From the NCBI GenBank assembly GCA_002633005.1, contig NMRA01000078.1:62001-126000 (forward strand): a DNA stretch of 64,000 nucleotides, in the 5' to 3' direction. The position numbers were made by a program, and so were the translations under genes. The number at the start of each line of letters is the position of its first letter. The stretch's first letter is position 1. The notes beneath the pieces were generated by a model, which saw only the letters and a program-made list of their open reading frames with translations, searched no databases and was not told the DNA's origin. Shown piece after piece: positions 27,527 to 39,930 of the stretch. The stretch comes from Phoronis australis (lineage: Eukaryota; Animalia; Phoronida).

Positions 27527-28112
27527 ACTGTTGTGCTGTGTATCTTAGATTAGTATTGATATCATGATGACGTGCTGAATCGTGTAATCCTTTTCACTGT
27601 ATATACATAAATATGATTATTTATATAGCACTGATTAGTTAGCTCATTGATCTTAGACAAGTAGTTGCAGCGTAGTATCTGGACGATATTATTTATTATT
27701 ATAATGAAGTAAATCTGCTATTATTCCACTAAGTTTATCACTGTCTTGTTTCAAGTATTGTTGGCGACGATCTAGTTGCCGGACTTGATTTTGGCATATG
27801 AACATTTCCCCCAAAATGGTAGGTTCTCCAATGTATATGAAAACTAAGCTACATACCTGTATGTGTCCTCTAAAGTTTTACAAAGTTTTTCATAAGCTTC
27901 TACAAGGAGTCACTCCCAAATATAAATATACTCCCAGAAGTTTAACAATCAGAGAAGCTGCGAATAGGTCCTCTCAACTTGACCGATGACGACATTCCCA
28001 GACAGCTTGGTCAAGCACAAAACGTTAGCTTAAGTTGTGCATGTAAGTTTGTTAAACCACATACTTTCGTGATAGGGCAGTCCCTAATTCCACAGCGACA
28101 CTCGGATCTCGT

Positions 28113-28640
28113 TGTATTTACCCACAGTGGCCCATTATCCCTCAAGCACTTATGTTGCTTGGCGTTTTCGCGCCATTGGAGTTCCATAAGTTTGTTGTGT
28201 CGTGTTCTTTACACTTTTTTCGCCTGCATTTTTCTGTTCGTCCTCCAATGCCAGCACCGTTTTACTGCTGTGCTGTGGGCTGCTACCACGATGGGATCAA
28301 GTTCTATGAACTTGACAAAATCCGTGGATGCTTCCCAACCTCAATCAGAGACAAGAAAACGCGGAGAGAGTGGATAAAGCAAGATCATCGGGTTAATTTT
28401 GAATCCAACAGAATCCCCTTTCTTGAAGATGCCTTTCAAATCTGGTGCTTTTAAACTGTTGAAATCGAGAATGTTTCCGCGGCCATACACCTCGACGGTT
28501 TCGACATGATCCTGTGAAAATGTGCCTGACATTCCAAGACTAGGTCAATAAAAACAACCGCTTTCTTACGTGTACCCCAGGAACAAAGGAAAGTTTTATC
28601 GCTGTGTAATCTGGGACGGGGATATTGCCCATACTGTCGC
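28113..28640 (+). mobile_element. Transposon remnant with THAP domain (family 2, copy 2)
   Basis: From ATG 28248: MPAPFYCCAVGCYHDGIKFYELDKIRGCFPTSIRDKKTRREWIK (C..C, FP, W of THAP); homologous to 9290-9680. Confidence 0.7.
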
Positions 28641-30770
28641 TCAGCACTTTGGTCAGACCTTGGATGTTGTATAAATTGTAATTTATTGTTAGCGTTATGT
28701 TTGACTGCAAACACTCAAATTGCGACAGTTTGTACCCTGGGTCGTCGGAGCACCAATTTTCGAAACAAATAAAACGCAGTGGGTGTCTCGAAATTCACTA
28801 GGTATTGCAGGCAAATTAAGGAACATTTACTTAGCAAGCCGACACTAGGGCGTGTGTATACATCCAGCGTGATTACATCCATATACAGTATTCAGACGAA
28901 AAAGCATTATTATCTTTTAATAAGGGGCATCAAAAGCAATGTTGTCAATTTTGCATTTGATTACTGACCTTCATTTCTTCTTCTCTGTCTTGTAAAATTT
29001 CTCTTTGCCGGTCTTATGAATTGGCAATTTCCATAACATGTTTGCAGTTTTTGGTGAGCCGCATATAAAGACAACTATTGAGATATGTATGTGTTTGGAC
29101 AAGACTCTTCAGTGGCGGATAAAGGATTTTTGAGTTAGGGAGGCCAGGGCAGACTATTAGCCAGGATTTTGCCCATCAGACATTCGCACCTCCGAACTGC
29201 CTAATGGAATTCGGGAGAATTTTTAGGGGAGGTTATGGCCNGAAAATGTCCTATGGTCGGGGTAGGGGAAACTCGAGGCGACCGGGGGACAAAATTAAAC
29301 CCCCGCCCCGGTGAGACACGAGATTGGAGTTTTACAGGGACTTTCTCCGTGGCGACGATGAAAAGGACAAGTGTGACGAAAGACTGACGTCACGGTTGGC
29401 ATCAGCGGGATGACTTTATAATTAAAGCCTGCGAGTGACACACGTTACAAATGGGCATTGGCTGCAAGTGATGGTCGTGTAATCGTCTGTCGATGATAAC
29501 GTATGCATTTACTCAAGCGTCTTGGGTTGTTTTCTGATATAGTTATTGTTAATCGAACTTCGGTGTCCACAAAATTTACGACGGTTGGTGCTTTGTTATC
29601 TGTACAAACTGTCGCGGCGTGACGATTGCGAATTTATGTAGTTTGACAGTTTGTGGTCTTACAGCGGGATTTAGCTACTGGATTCTGTGAGGGTCACGAC
29701 AGTCTGCAGTACCACGAACCATTAATTGTAACGAAAAATTACAGCAGTCTGAGTTGTTGCGGCAGTGTCTTGTAAGGGTTCCAATGGGTTAACCAACTGC
29801 TGGACTCTGGTCAACAAGTCAGTCGTTATGTTTGTTTTGTAAACATGTGTAGCATGTTGTGGTTGTTGTCTGGGAATGACGTCAACGGCTTCTCCAGTAC
29901 GCAGAGGTCACGATGTTGTGAATGAAACGATGTTGTGAATGAACTTTTGATATAAACGCGAGTCTTTCGAACGTGACGTCTTGTAAAGTTAAGATAAGTT
30001 CGGGAGTGACCCTTTAATTTAACTCGTTCTCATTTTTGTACAAATAAAGTAAATAGTAAGTACTTAAAATAATATTTTATTCTGCGAAATCATAAGCTAT
30101 GACATTACAGCAACACTAAGGCTCGCTGGATGCTGATGACATCAGAGAAAGCTACGTCTGTTTGAGGGTGCGCCTCTATAGTCATATTTTTTTACTATAA
30201 TGCGCGCCACAGCTCGCCTGTAGGATAAACAGATTCATTGTTAGGCCTATTTAAAACCTGGCGGTTTCTACTTGTACTGTACTCCAAGAATTATTTAACG
30301 CAAATGCACGTTTTCAATCGTACTCCTTAAAACCTCATTTTTCTGAGCCATGACATTGTGATGGGCATATCACTTTATCAAACAATTCAAATGGCAGTTG
30401 CACTGGAAAATTGTTTGCATTTTAAGTAATAAGGAAGATTTCAACTTTCAACGTTTGTAAAGCACATGCGATTCTATGTGGCGTGAAACAGGGTACAACA
30501 CTTATGGTATCAATGAAGACGAGTATGTGACAATATTAATAAAAAAGATATATATTTTTCAACTTCAACATGTTTCGATGTCTCAAACATCATTAGGACT
30601 GACAAATAATCAAGGCCATCTACCATCTTGACCCACTCTGTGTACAGTAGAGCTTTCAGGACGCGTCATAGTAACAAAACTTCGATGACAACACTTACAC
30701 ACACTGAGAAAAAAATATCTAGAGATCCTGAGATAATTAAGTCGGGATCTCGAGATCATGAGATAATTAA

Positions 30771-31861
30771 AAGAGTTCCCACCACGACATTGTGTCTCAA
30801 AAAGATTTTTATTAATACATCTTAAGAGATTTAATAGCCTTTACTACAACTGTTGCTAAGAAACAAGCCAAAAATCTTATAAAATGTTTTTTCTGTTATC
30901 GGGGTTGTACGTAATGGGTGTTGTTTTAATCAATCCGATACTGAGGAGCTGCGAGGAAAGTCCGCGGAGAGCCGACATTTTCATACATGAAAAGGTGCGT
31001 GCGTGGAGGCCTGTAGTAACAGCAACTTGACCGAGAATGTCTCAGTTCACATTTCTTAAATAGTAAAAGTTGCACAGAAAAGACGTCGGTTTGTGCGCCG
31101 CACGAGAGTGTGCAAAGTTGGTGTGGAACATGCGATTCAGTCGAGAGCAACACTGTTCGGCACATTTCAGGGAAATTTTGTGTTTCGACCAAACGCAAAG
31201 CGGCGTTGCGATGAAGGATTCGCCACCTTGTAAGTGTATTTGTAAATTTCATAAATAACGAACAAACTTCTTCCATTCTAGGATGAATGATTCCATGCCC
31301 TCGACCCCGGCTCAGATCGAGTGCTACGACACGCAGCCGTGTTTAGAACGGCAATAGTCAATACGAGTTACCCAGGTTTCTTGTGGAAATTGTCAGTGAT
31401 TATTAGTGTCTGTGAATATTGCTCACCCCTTGGTTCTGTTGGTTGTGACTCACACGTTTATGCGGCATTTCTCGTGCAAGTGAGTCGAGTTCATACGGCC
31501 TCAAAGCCGACGAACCGCAAAGGGGGAAATCGAATTCATTGTCTGATTCTTTAAGTACTTAAGTGTGATGCCCGTACCCACTCTCCTCTCTGTCTGCATA
31601 ATAATTGTTCAGTTCTCGCTCAAAATCGTCCTCGTCTTCTGATCTGCTGTGTTCCGCCATTGCAATTGATTGTCAAGTGACTCGTCTTTTACCCATTACA
31701 TCATTTGGCGAGAAACTTGGACATAACTAATTTTTCTTCAAATTAAAAAATTCGCGATTATTTGGCATGAAAAGTGCTTGTTTAGTAATACATTTTATTG
31801 TTTTTTCATTTTACATTAGCTAACTGAAACCTCAAAAATGAAGAAAATGCTTGGTGGAACT
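30771..31861. mobile_element. Kolobok-like non-autonomous element with THAP remnant (copy 2)
   Basis: TTAA at 30767-30770 and 31862-31865; TIR AGTTCC(C)ACCA / TGGTGGAACT. Plus strand ~30987-31185 reads, across frameshifts, MKRCV..CSNSNLTENVSVH..KVAQKRRRFVRRTRVCKVGVEHAIQSRATL.SAHFRE. Confidence 0.8.
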
Positions 31862-32446
31862 TTAAAAAAGAAACGCGCGATGTCTTGTTTGGGCTACCGC
31901 ATCACGCAGTGGAAAATCCACAGATTTCAAAAGCGTTTAACTTTGTATCCTTTTCGTCCATAACTCTGGTTACATTTGTATGACGATTGCTGTATTATAT
32001 TGAGGGATTGGGAACACACAAAACCGGGCGAAGAATTATTCCTCGTCCGGATTCAAAACATTCGACTTTATTTTCATATTAACACAATCTTCACACCCCT
32101 TGATAGGGCCTATCCTATTTGCGCAAAAAGGTTAAATTTCATCACTTGCTGGTGCCGTCCATTTTGCTTGGCGTGAATTTGGAACTCAAGGTAGAAAGCA
32201 AACGTTTCGTGGAGTATGAAAATGCAGTTGAAGAGTTGAAGTCCTAGCAAAGTTTTGGTTTTTTTTCTTGGTTTATTGATTTTTTTTTCAAAAATTAAAT
32301 GTTAACGCGCTTAATGTTCTTAATTTTTTTAAACTTGGACGTTCAGTACGGCAAAATCAAAGATCCAAAAACAAAATGGCCAATTTCCACCGCCCTACTA
32401 ATATTCAGTTGTATGTATGTCATCGCGGTTGAGATATGAGTGGAGG

Positions 32447-33357
32447 CAGTGGCGGATCTAGGATATCACAAGGGGGGGCCCAACATTTTGTCCGGCTGTA
32501 AGCATTTGCGCAAACTGAACCACGATTGTAGATGCGCATAGCACCGAATGGGGGGAGGTCCAGGAAATTTTTCTGTTTTTACCTCTAAAAATCAAGCATT
32601 TTCCTTGATTCCTGAAGTATTCAAGAAAAAAAAAAAACGGAGAACGTGTCAAACAGGAAAACTGAACGAACCAAAGACTTGAATTCACGACCCCGCGGTT
32701 AGAGAGCGCGTGCGTTACCACTACACCACCACGATTTAACTAGTGAACTTATGCTAAAAGACCTACTTGTTTATGGTCCACAGCGTTTGCGCGCGAAACC
32801 TACTTCTTTTCGTAATGCTTATTACATGTTTTATATTTTGTGCCATGAATTCTTAACAAATTTGTCGTATTTAAAATAGTCTTCAAATGCCCAAAAGACC
32901 AAATCCGTTTTTCGAGTTGGCAATAATGACGGGATTGCTATGGAAAGCGTTAAGGTTTGACAAAGAGAGTATTGCGAGTTTCTGAGTGATTCACTAAGGC
33001 TTCGATTGAAATTCACATCTTACCAGCAGCTTTTGTTTTTTCATCGTCACTCAGGTTCCATTCTCTTTAAAAAATGAAGTAAATTTTCTTCATTGCACAG
33101 TGGAGCAGACGACGAAAACGGAGTCGTAGTACGCAGCGCCACTGCCGGTCGCCTGGGATATCGCGGGAGAGCCTATACTTAGCCATAGTTCCGTTACGAA
33201 TGCGCCGTGTTCCGAATTTAACACTTGAAATTGGNNNNNNNNNNNNNNNNNNNNNNNNNNNNNNNNNNNNNNNNNNNNNNNNNNNNNNNNNNNNNNNNNN
33301 NNNNNNNNNNNNNNNNNNNNNNNNNNNNNNNNNNNCCCCCCCCTAAATCCGCCTATG
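32447..33357 (-). mobile_element. hAT-like family B, copy 2
   Basis: CAGTGGCGGATCTAGG ... CCTAAATCCGCCTATG; TSD GGAGG on both sides; contains the N gap 33235-33335. Confidence 0.85.
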
Positions 33358-33365
33358 GGAGGGGA

Positions 33366-33527
33366 GGTCATGTTTCGATCCCGGCGGTTCTGTTTTTGGC
33401 AGTCATGTTTTTAGGTGTGTCAGTACCATTACCTAGTCCGTAAGTCCCATTTGATCTCATTAGGTCCTGTTTTGTGGAGTGTCAGTCCGATTTGGACAAC
33501 CGGTGCTCATGTTGTATCTCGCCCGTG
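33366..33527. mobile_element. Right arm of a Transib-like MITE related to 13799-14163
   Basis: GTCATGTTTTTAGGTGTGTCAGT...GTCCCATTTGATC...TCATGTTGTATCTCGCCCGTG aligns to ~14000-14163. Confidence 0.7.
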
Positions 33528-34104
33528 TAGTTTGTTTCTTGATATCAGTCTCTCCGGCACGTGGTGTGTATACAATGAACTATTGGCCTACTTTCAGCTG
33601 ACTCCTCTTTCTGACCTAGTTGACTCGAGCTACACAAAACCCACATACAAAATTAAATTGTGTTAGTAATAAGTTAATTACGCACTGCAAATTCAATTGA
33701 CATTGCGAGTGAATGCTGAAATATCGAACGTGATTAAAACATGTATAGGTTATAATGACCAAAAACAAGTTTTCACCGAATACATAAGCGAAAAACGTCA
33801 GATTGTTAAGACTCGCGACATTTTCCACTTTTTTTCGGCCTCGGAAAATCGACTTCATCTTAACTTAGGAACACGAGTTCTCGAAAACAGCACGCTGGAC
33901 TTCACTGAAACTCTCCTACAAGCATAGGAGCTTCATACGCCGGAAGCTTTTCGGCGAATTATGCTTCACAGTACTGATTGAAGCATCAAAGTCACGTTGT
34001 TGTAAGTACCTTCTGTGCATAGAAGGTCACCTTGGGAGGCCGTCAATGTCTTCAATTCCTTCCAACTCGAACTAATACTCTTGTAATAAAACTTTTCGAG
34101 CAGC

Positions 34105-34227
34105 CCTTCGTCCAATTTGGCAACTGGCCATTTTTACACTGCGCGCACTCCTATTTTTAGCGCGCTCATCACGAAGGTGCGCAGTGCTAAAAATGGCCAG
34201 TTGCTGATTCGTACAACTGGACGAAGG
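34105..34227. repeat. Hairpin / MITE-like inverted repeat
   Basis: CCTTCGTCCA..CAACTGGCCATTTTTA.CACTGCGC pairs with GCGCAGTGCTAAAAATGGCCAGTTG..TGGACGAAGG. Confidence 0.65.
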
Positions 34228-34234
34228 ACTTCTC

Positions 34235-34364
34235 AAGGAAATACACAAAACGTACCGAGAGTGGCGAAGTTGAAAAAAATATCCCACGAGACCTTATTCC
34301 GTGAATTAATTTCTCGTGGGATATTATTTCATCTACGCCAATCGAGGTACGTTTTGTATTCCTT
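34235..34364. repeat. Second adjacent hairpin / inverted repeat
   Basis: AAGGAAATACACAAAACGTACC..AATATCCCACGAGA pairs with TCTCGTGGGATATT..GGTACGTTTTGTATTCCTT. Confidence 0.65.
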
Positions 34365-35678
34365 TGTATTTTGTACGCTTCGAATTTTTAAGTTTCATTT
34401 TTTCGGCAGATTTTTTAATTACTTCACACAGACTATACACGTGGCGAATCACATCCTACATAAATGTACTTGCGCCTTATGTTACAAGTTTTCGCTAGTA
34501 AAAGAAACAGTACGACATGTAACCATTTATCACTTGAGAAGTGGTAACAAAGATGAAAACACAGGGTAATTGTGCACACAGGCGCTCGAATTTCCCGATG
34601 ACTCATAACCATAATGAGAAACATGTTTTGTTAGTAGTGAGTGACGTCAGTGGTTATCGAGGAACAGGTAAACTCAAGCGCCTGTGATTGTGCATTAAAC
34701 TTGTAAAATTTTCTGAGAATAATAAAATAACAACAACATTGAATTTACCGAGGAATTGGTGCCTGAGTTGCAGACGATATAAATATTTTGCAAATAAAAC
34801 AGAAGTGTTATATAATTAACAGTTTTGTACCAGAAGTTATGTTTGGGACCTGATTGCACGTTGAGAGTTACTTATACTGCTGCAACGTTATTACTTAAAA
34901 CTATTTCGGGAAAGTTAAATGATCGAGCCGGCAGTAACGACGTGAAGTCGACACTGGCCTACATTTTGAACTTTCTATGTCAGAGGGCATTGTTAAAGTA
35001 GGTCCAGGGAGTGGAATACGGAAAACAATACCACATGGCCATGTTGCACTCAACATGATCAACGCGTATGGGATAACAGGTTTGATTACAGGAGTATTTG
35101 TTCGAGTTGGACGGTCTCCTGGGGTGTCACTGTCCTATTCGCAAAAGGTACTTATAACAAAATGACTGATCGTTTATTCAGTGCGAAGCACAATTCTCCG
35201 AAAAGCTCTCGGCTTGTTCCTGTCTAAGATGCATTGAAAAAGAACAATAGTAAAGAGTGTGAAATGTTCTCCAACAGACGGCATGGTCAACACGTGACCC
35301 AATCCCCGAGATCGTACTGGTGGAACAAGGCTCCTAGAACCCGGCTCGTGACTCAATACTAATGAGCCTCGCCGACATCTCCAAATAAAAGGGTTATTCT
35401 CGGCTACTCCCGATGGTCGGCGTCTGTAGGCGACGAATTTCGTGATCACCAGTCGCATTCCACATCTGCCTTTCGGTGGGAAGGCAAATCGGAAGTCTGA
35501 GTCGCCGTCAGAAAAATTTCTCATGTGATCACTTGTCAGACGTCTGGTTTTAATGGGCCTTCCTATATTCTGACCCCCTGCCAAATTAGAAGGCACATCT
35601 GCCTTCTTACCGTATAGTCTCATCCCCTGGCATGATCTTGCGGTTAGGCTGTCTTCGCTCATCGCTCAGGATAATTAA

Positions 35679-37156
35679 GGTTATCTCAAACCTTATTCCC
35701 AAAAATGGCCATCTTTACAATATTTCACGTGTCCAGTAAATATAGATTATTACATGGCGAAGTCGTTATCCCCCGTTATCTAGAGCCCGAGTGGATTTTG
35801 GAGAATTATCGCCCGAGGGGCGTCAGCCCCGAGGGTGATAATTCTCCAAAATCCACGAGGGCTCTAGATAAGGGGGATAACGGCTGAGAACATGTAATAA
35901 TCTATTTATACCACATACTAAACGAGAAACATTGCAATGAATCGATTTACCTTTTCTGACTCTCCACCGCTTTGTAACTACTTTCTGTGTCAGAGGCCCG
36001 GGGTCAGGGGTCGTGACCTTTTAAGAAAAGCCCTATTTTTGTCAAATAATGCTTTTACTCAACACCAATTGAAAACTTAAATATTATAGAAATAAATTGA
36101 ATTTATAAATTAAGGTTTACCAACTATTATAGCTTAAAACACGTTTTTTTCACGCTAAGCTTCGACCGGGAAATTATCGTCTGCTAAAGTAGGTTACCAC
36201 CGGTAACTGAATATAATTCTCAAGTCAAAGATCCTGACCACACGATACCCGCATTGAAACTAGAGATCGGTGATTTACAAGTAAGAGGACATGAGAGAAA
36301 AATTTCACCGAATTAAGATATCATTTTTATGGAAATTATGTGTCTTATTTTTTGTAGCGTATTAGTACAGTACAATGCGGTTTGTTGAACGTGCGATTAT
36401 TGCGCGTGCTCATTTAAGTATTCTATTTTCAATTTTGATGACGTCAGTCGCTGCGTGGTGTAGTGGTAAAGTCGGCGACCAGCAATATTAGGGTTCGACC
36501 CCGTCCTCGGTTTCCCGCCAAATCGTTATCTCACTAGTGAGATAACTTTATGGGTTATTACACGGTTGTATCTGCCGTTTGACGCTAATATTGTGGTATA
36601 AAATACCTTATCTTCGTTATCGGGGAACTTCAAATACAAAATATATACTGCGTAGCGAGAACAAAAAAGATTTAGCAAAACCACCTTGGAACCGCACAAC
36701 CGCGTATATTTAGTCATCAGTCTCAAAAACACTTCTATGATTTTCGATATAAAGGCCTATCTTTTGTGTAATGTAACAAAGACGAATACGTCTTCCGTTT
36801 TTTACCAAGATATCTTACGTTTTGCGAGTTGATTTGTCACAGAAACCAAACGAAAAGACTAATCGAAAATTCCTAACAGCGTTTTTGAGGTAACTTGTAA
36901 AGTTTTCATTTAAAAAAAGTGTCATTAAAATCGACCCAGGGGTTAATATTCTATGAATGTACCTTTCTTAAAAATAAAATTTTGATTTAAATAAGTTTTT
37001 ACTTAAAAATAATAATGGTACATTAATACAAAAAGTATGATTAATATTCCCTAAACTTTTTTCTTTCGGAACATATACTTTTACTAGTTGACAAAGCTTA
37101 GTTTGTTTTGATATACGTGTTAGAATAGAGGCCACTAAATAAGGTTGGAGATAACC
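35679..37156. mobile_element. Kolobok-like MITE (TTAA TSD) hosting a nested hairpin element
   Basis: TTAA|GGTTATCTCAAACCTTATT ... AATAAGGTTGGAGATAACC|TTAA. Confidence 0.8.
35742..36601 (+). mobile_element. Crypton-like non-autonomous element with ~165-bp 5' hairpin and internal complement of its end junction
   Basis: 35742-35905 is a long palindrome. 35891-35915 equals the reverse complement of right end (TGTGGTATAA) + left end (ATAGATTATTACATG). The family label is inference. Confidence 0.6.
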
Positions 37157-37198
37157 TTAAGCCAGAACTTAGCGTTTTCCATATTGACCTATCGCCAG

Positions 37199-37346
37199 CT
37201 TCCCGTTCAGTACTGAATGCTAGGGCCTCGTTAAAGACTTCGCGAGATTACGTGAGATAATGCTGTGTATTTTCAAAGAGAACACGTGATTCTGGCTAGA
37301 TTTTAGCTAGGCCCTAGCGTAGGTCCTAGCGATACTGAACGCACGC
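37199..37346 (+). mobile_element. Harbinger-type MITE family A
   Basis: Full-length match to 10968-11118; CAG on both sides. Confidence 0.85.
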
Positions 37347-37479
37347 CAGGATAATGACTGACGGCTTAATTGACCAATCAGAACGCAGCATTCTCGACAC
37401 ATCTTCGTCTTTGTTTCCAGGCTGCCATTTTACCCGACAATCAACACGTTGTCGGTAAAGCTTATTTTCGTCTATTAAA

Positions 37480-37647
37480 CAGTGGCGGCGCAGCACAGAA
37501 AAAAGTGGGGGGCTAAAGCCCCCTCAGCCCCTTGTGATGCACCGCCTATAGACCATTTGCAGCGTAGCACAGAAAAAAAGTGGTGGGGCTACAGCCCCCC
37601 CCCCCCNNNCCCCCCCCCCCAGCCCCCTATATGATGCGCCGCCCATG
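37480..37647. mobile_element. Short hAT-like MITE with internal duplication
   Basis: CAGTGGCGGCGCAGCA ... TGATGCGCCGCCCATG; repeated GCACAGAAAAAAGTGG unit; Ns at 37607-37609; no clear TSD. Confidence 0.55.
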
Positions 37648-39930
37648 CTATAGCTCAAAAATGTGAGATAAGAATGGTGAAACGGTGTTGATATGACGTG
37701 CATAATTCTGACAGCCGTTATGCAGCTCGAGAAGAATATCCCGTCCCTTTTTGGGCATTCCCTTAGCCGAAAAGTGATGTCGACTGTGTGGATCAAACTT
37801 GGCAATGTTGCTGAATTAGGTTATTTAATAAACACAAATGTATTTGTTCCAAGATACGTGCTTATCAGGTTGGTGGCTATAGTATAAGCCAATCTGATTT
37901 TGACTCCGGAGTTTCACTCGTCTGGACGAATTTGTCTCGGCACCTGCTGTATCTCAGCACTAGTCTAGCGGTAGTCCCTGGAAATTGTTGTTTTTAAGGA
38001 CATTTTTATTATTTTTCATTTATTTTGACCTAATGGGCATCGTTATGTTTCGTAGCAGAGGTACATTTCTTGTAATTCATATAAGCATAGGCTGGCGTTC
38101 AACTGAACTTCTCTCCAAAATTGAGAGATTCGATCGTCACAGGGAGGGTCACTAGTGTATTAGTGTACTCAAAGCCTTGTTCGAGAGCATGCGCTGTTGT
38201 CACGAAAAAATAGACAGTTGAATTACTTTTTGATGAGAACCTCTGGTTTACACTTCGCTTGTAGAGTTAGAGAGAGCTCATTTTGTAGTTGTTCAAACAT
38301 GATGTTTAGTTTTCATGAAGTTTTAAAAAAGAATTTGAGTTATTTTTGTAAACAGCCATTTTTGCCATACTGACACCAAATTTGTCATCTTTTGTTGATC
38401 TTTTGTAACCATACCAGAGTTTAGTGATCATGCTACGTTTAATATTAACTGAAAGCTACCTTTATGCAATGAAACTACAAAAATGCTAAGTTCACCAGAA
38501 GGTATGTCTAACTTAACTGTCTGGTGCAATAACGACCAATTCCATGCGTTACATTAACTTGGACACAGACCTACCCGAGCCTGCTAGCCTAGGACAAATG
38601 AAATCCGGGTGTAGTTGAGCTATGAACCTAAGTTTTTTAATCAAAATATTTCGTTCGAAAATTATATAGAAAAGCGTAAACAGTGCTATCGACTCGACCT
38701 ACTTTACTATGGGAGTCCCACCAGTTGTGTCCTACTTTTCATTTGGCGGAATTTACCAGACGCAAGAATAAAAATATCGGCGAATCTTCATTGATTTTGT
38801 TCGAAAGATCCTGTAATCTATGGCATCGTGAAAGATAATTCACATATAAGGTACACACCCAGCTTTACGTAAACATATCGCATCAGTGGCCTTGTCATTT
38901 GTCAGGTGAAGGTGAACCTCGTGTGGGGTTCTTCAACTGGGAGGCTCTTCATGAACGCTCATTTTTTAGGCTGATCTGGTTGGCTTCTAGTCACACGGAC
39001 TATCTTCATTCTTATAAGAAATGCATGTCCGTGATCGCAGTATCTCGTGGAGTTCATTTGTCGTCGGATCAGACGTTACTAAAATCTGACGTCTGATCCT
39101 CAGTCTGCGTCAATAAATTCACATGTACACTAGTCAGACGTCTGACCTGCCATCTTATCGGATCCCACATCATACGGCCTGGTTGTTTTCTCACCGTGAG
39201 AAGTATTGTACCAAGTATACCAGATAGTAACATGACGCTATTTTTCTATTTTAGAAACTTCTTTCCATCAAGGTAACTCATTCCGTGTTTTAATTTGTGA
39301 AAACAAAGGAAATGGTGGTTTAATAAGTTCTCACAAATCAAGTACCCCCATATTTCGTCTGTTTTGAGCTAGGACTATATATTACTCCCAGGTTTTGAGA
39401 TGTCTTGTACATAGAACAAAATATGACAATTTTTTTCTTCTTTTGACTGCCCTCTGATCGTATGAAATGCGTATTTTCGTAATGGTGAGAACATTTGTGG
39501 TTTACGGAGCAACTACCGTGTTCTTGTTCGAGCCACCAGCTTTTTTGCGCAGTCCAATATTCCCTCAAAGACATCTTCGCAGCTGCACGGCGGCGTAGCT
39601 GGACCCAAAGATAGCTTCCTGTGAGCATAAAGAAAAAGGGGAATTAATGCTTTGTGCAAACTTCTGTCCACAGTTAAATGTAATGCCTCTCTGTAAATGA
39701 AGGGGCGCTTGCTGCAACTCAGGTTTTAATGAAAGTGGTATGCCACTGCCGGTTAAGCTAAATAAACGACAATTTAGCGACCAGCACACAATAGCTAGTG
39801 CTCCGTCTCCTACTCACAGGGACCTCAATTGCAAGTTGCGTCGATTGCGGTGTGAAAATTGTGACGGCCGGGTTTGAAAAATATGACCACGGGGGTGAAA
39901 TTCAGGGACAGCTTAAATTACGGGCTTTAA

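Noticed and set aside
30133-30160. CTGATGA...GAAA...GTC hammerhead-like string
   Set aside because: Stems I and II cannot form.
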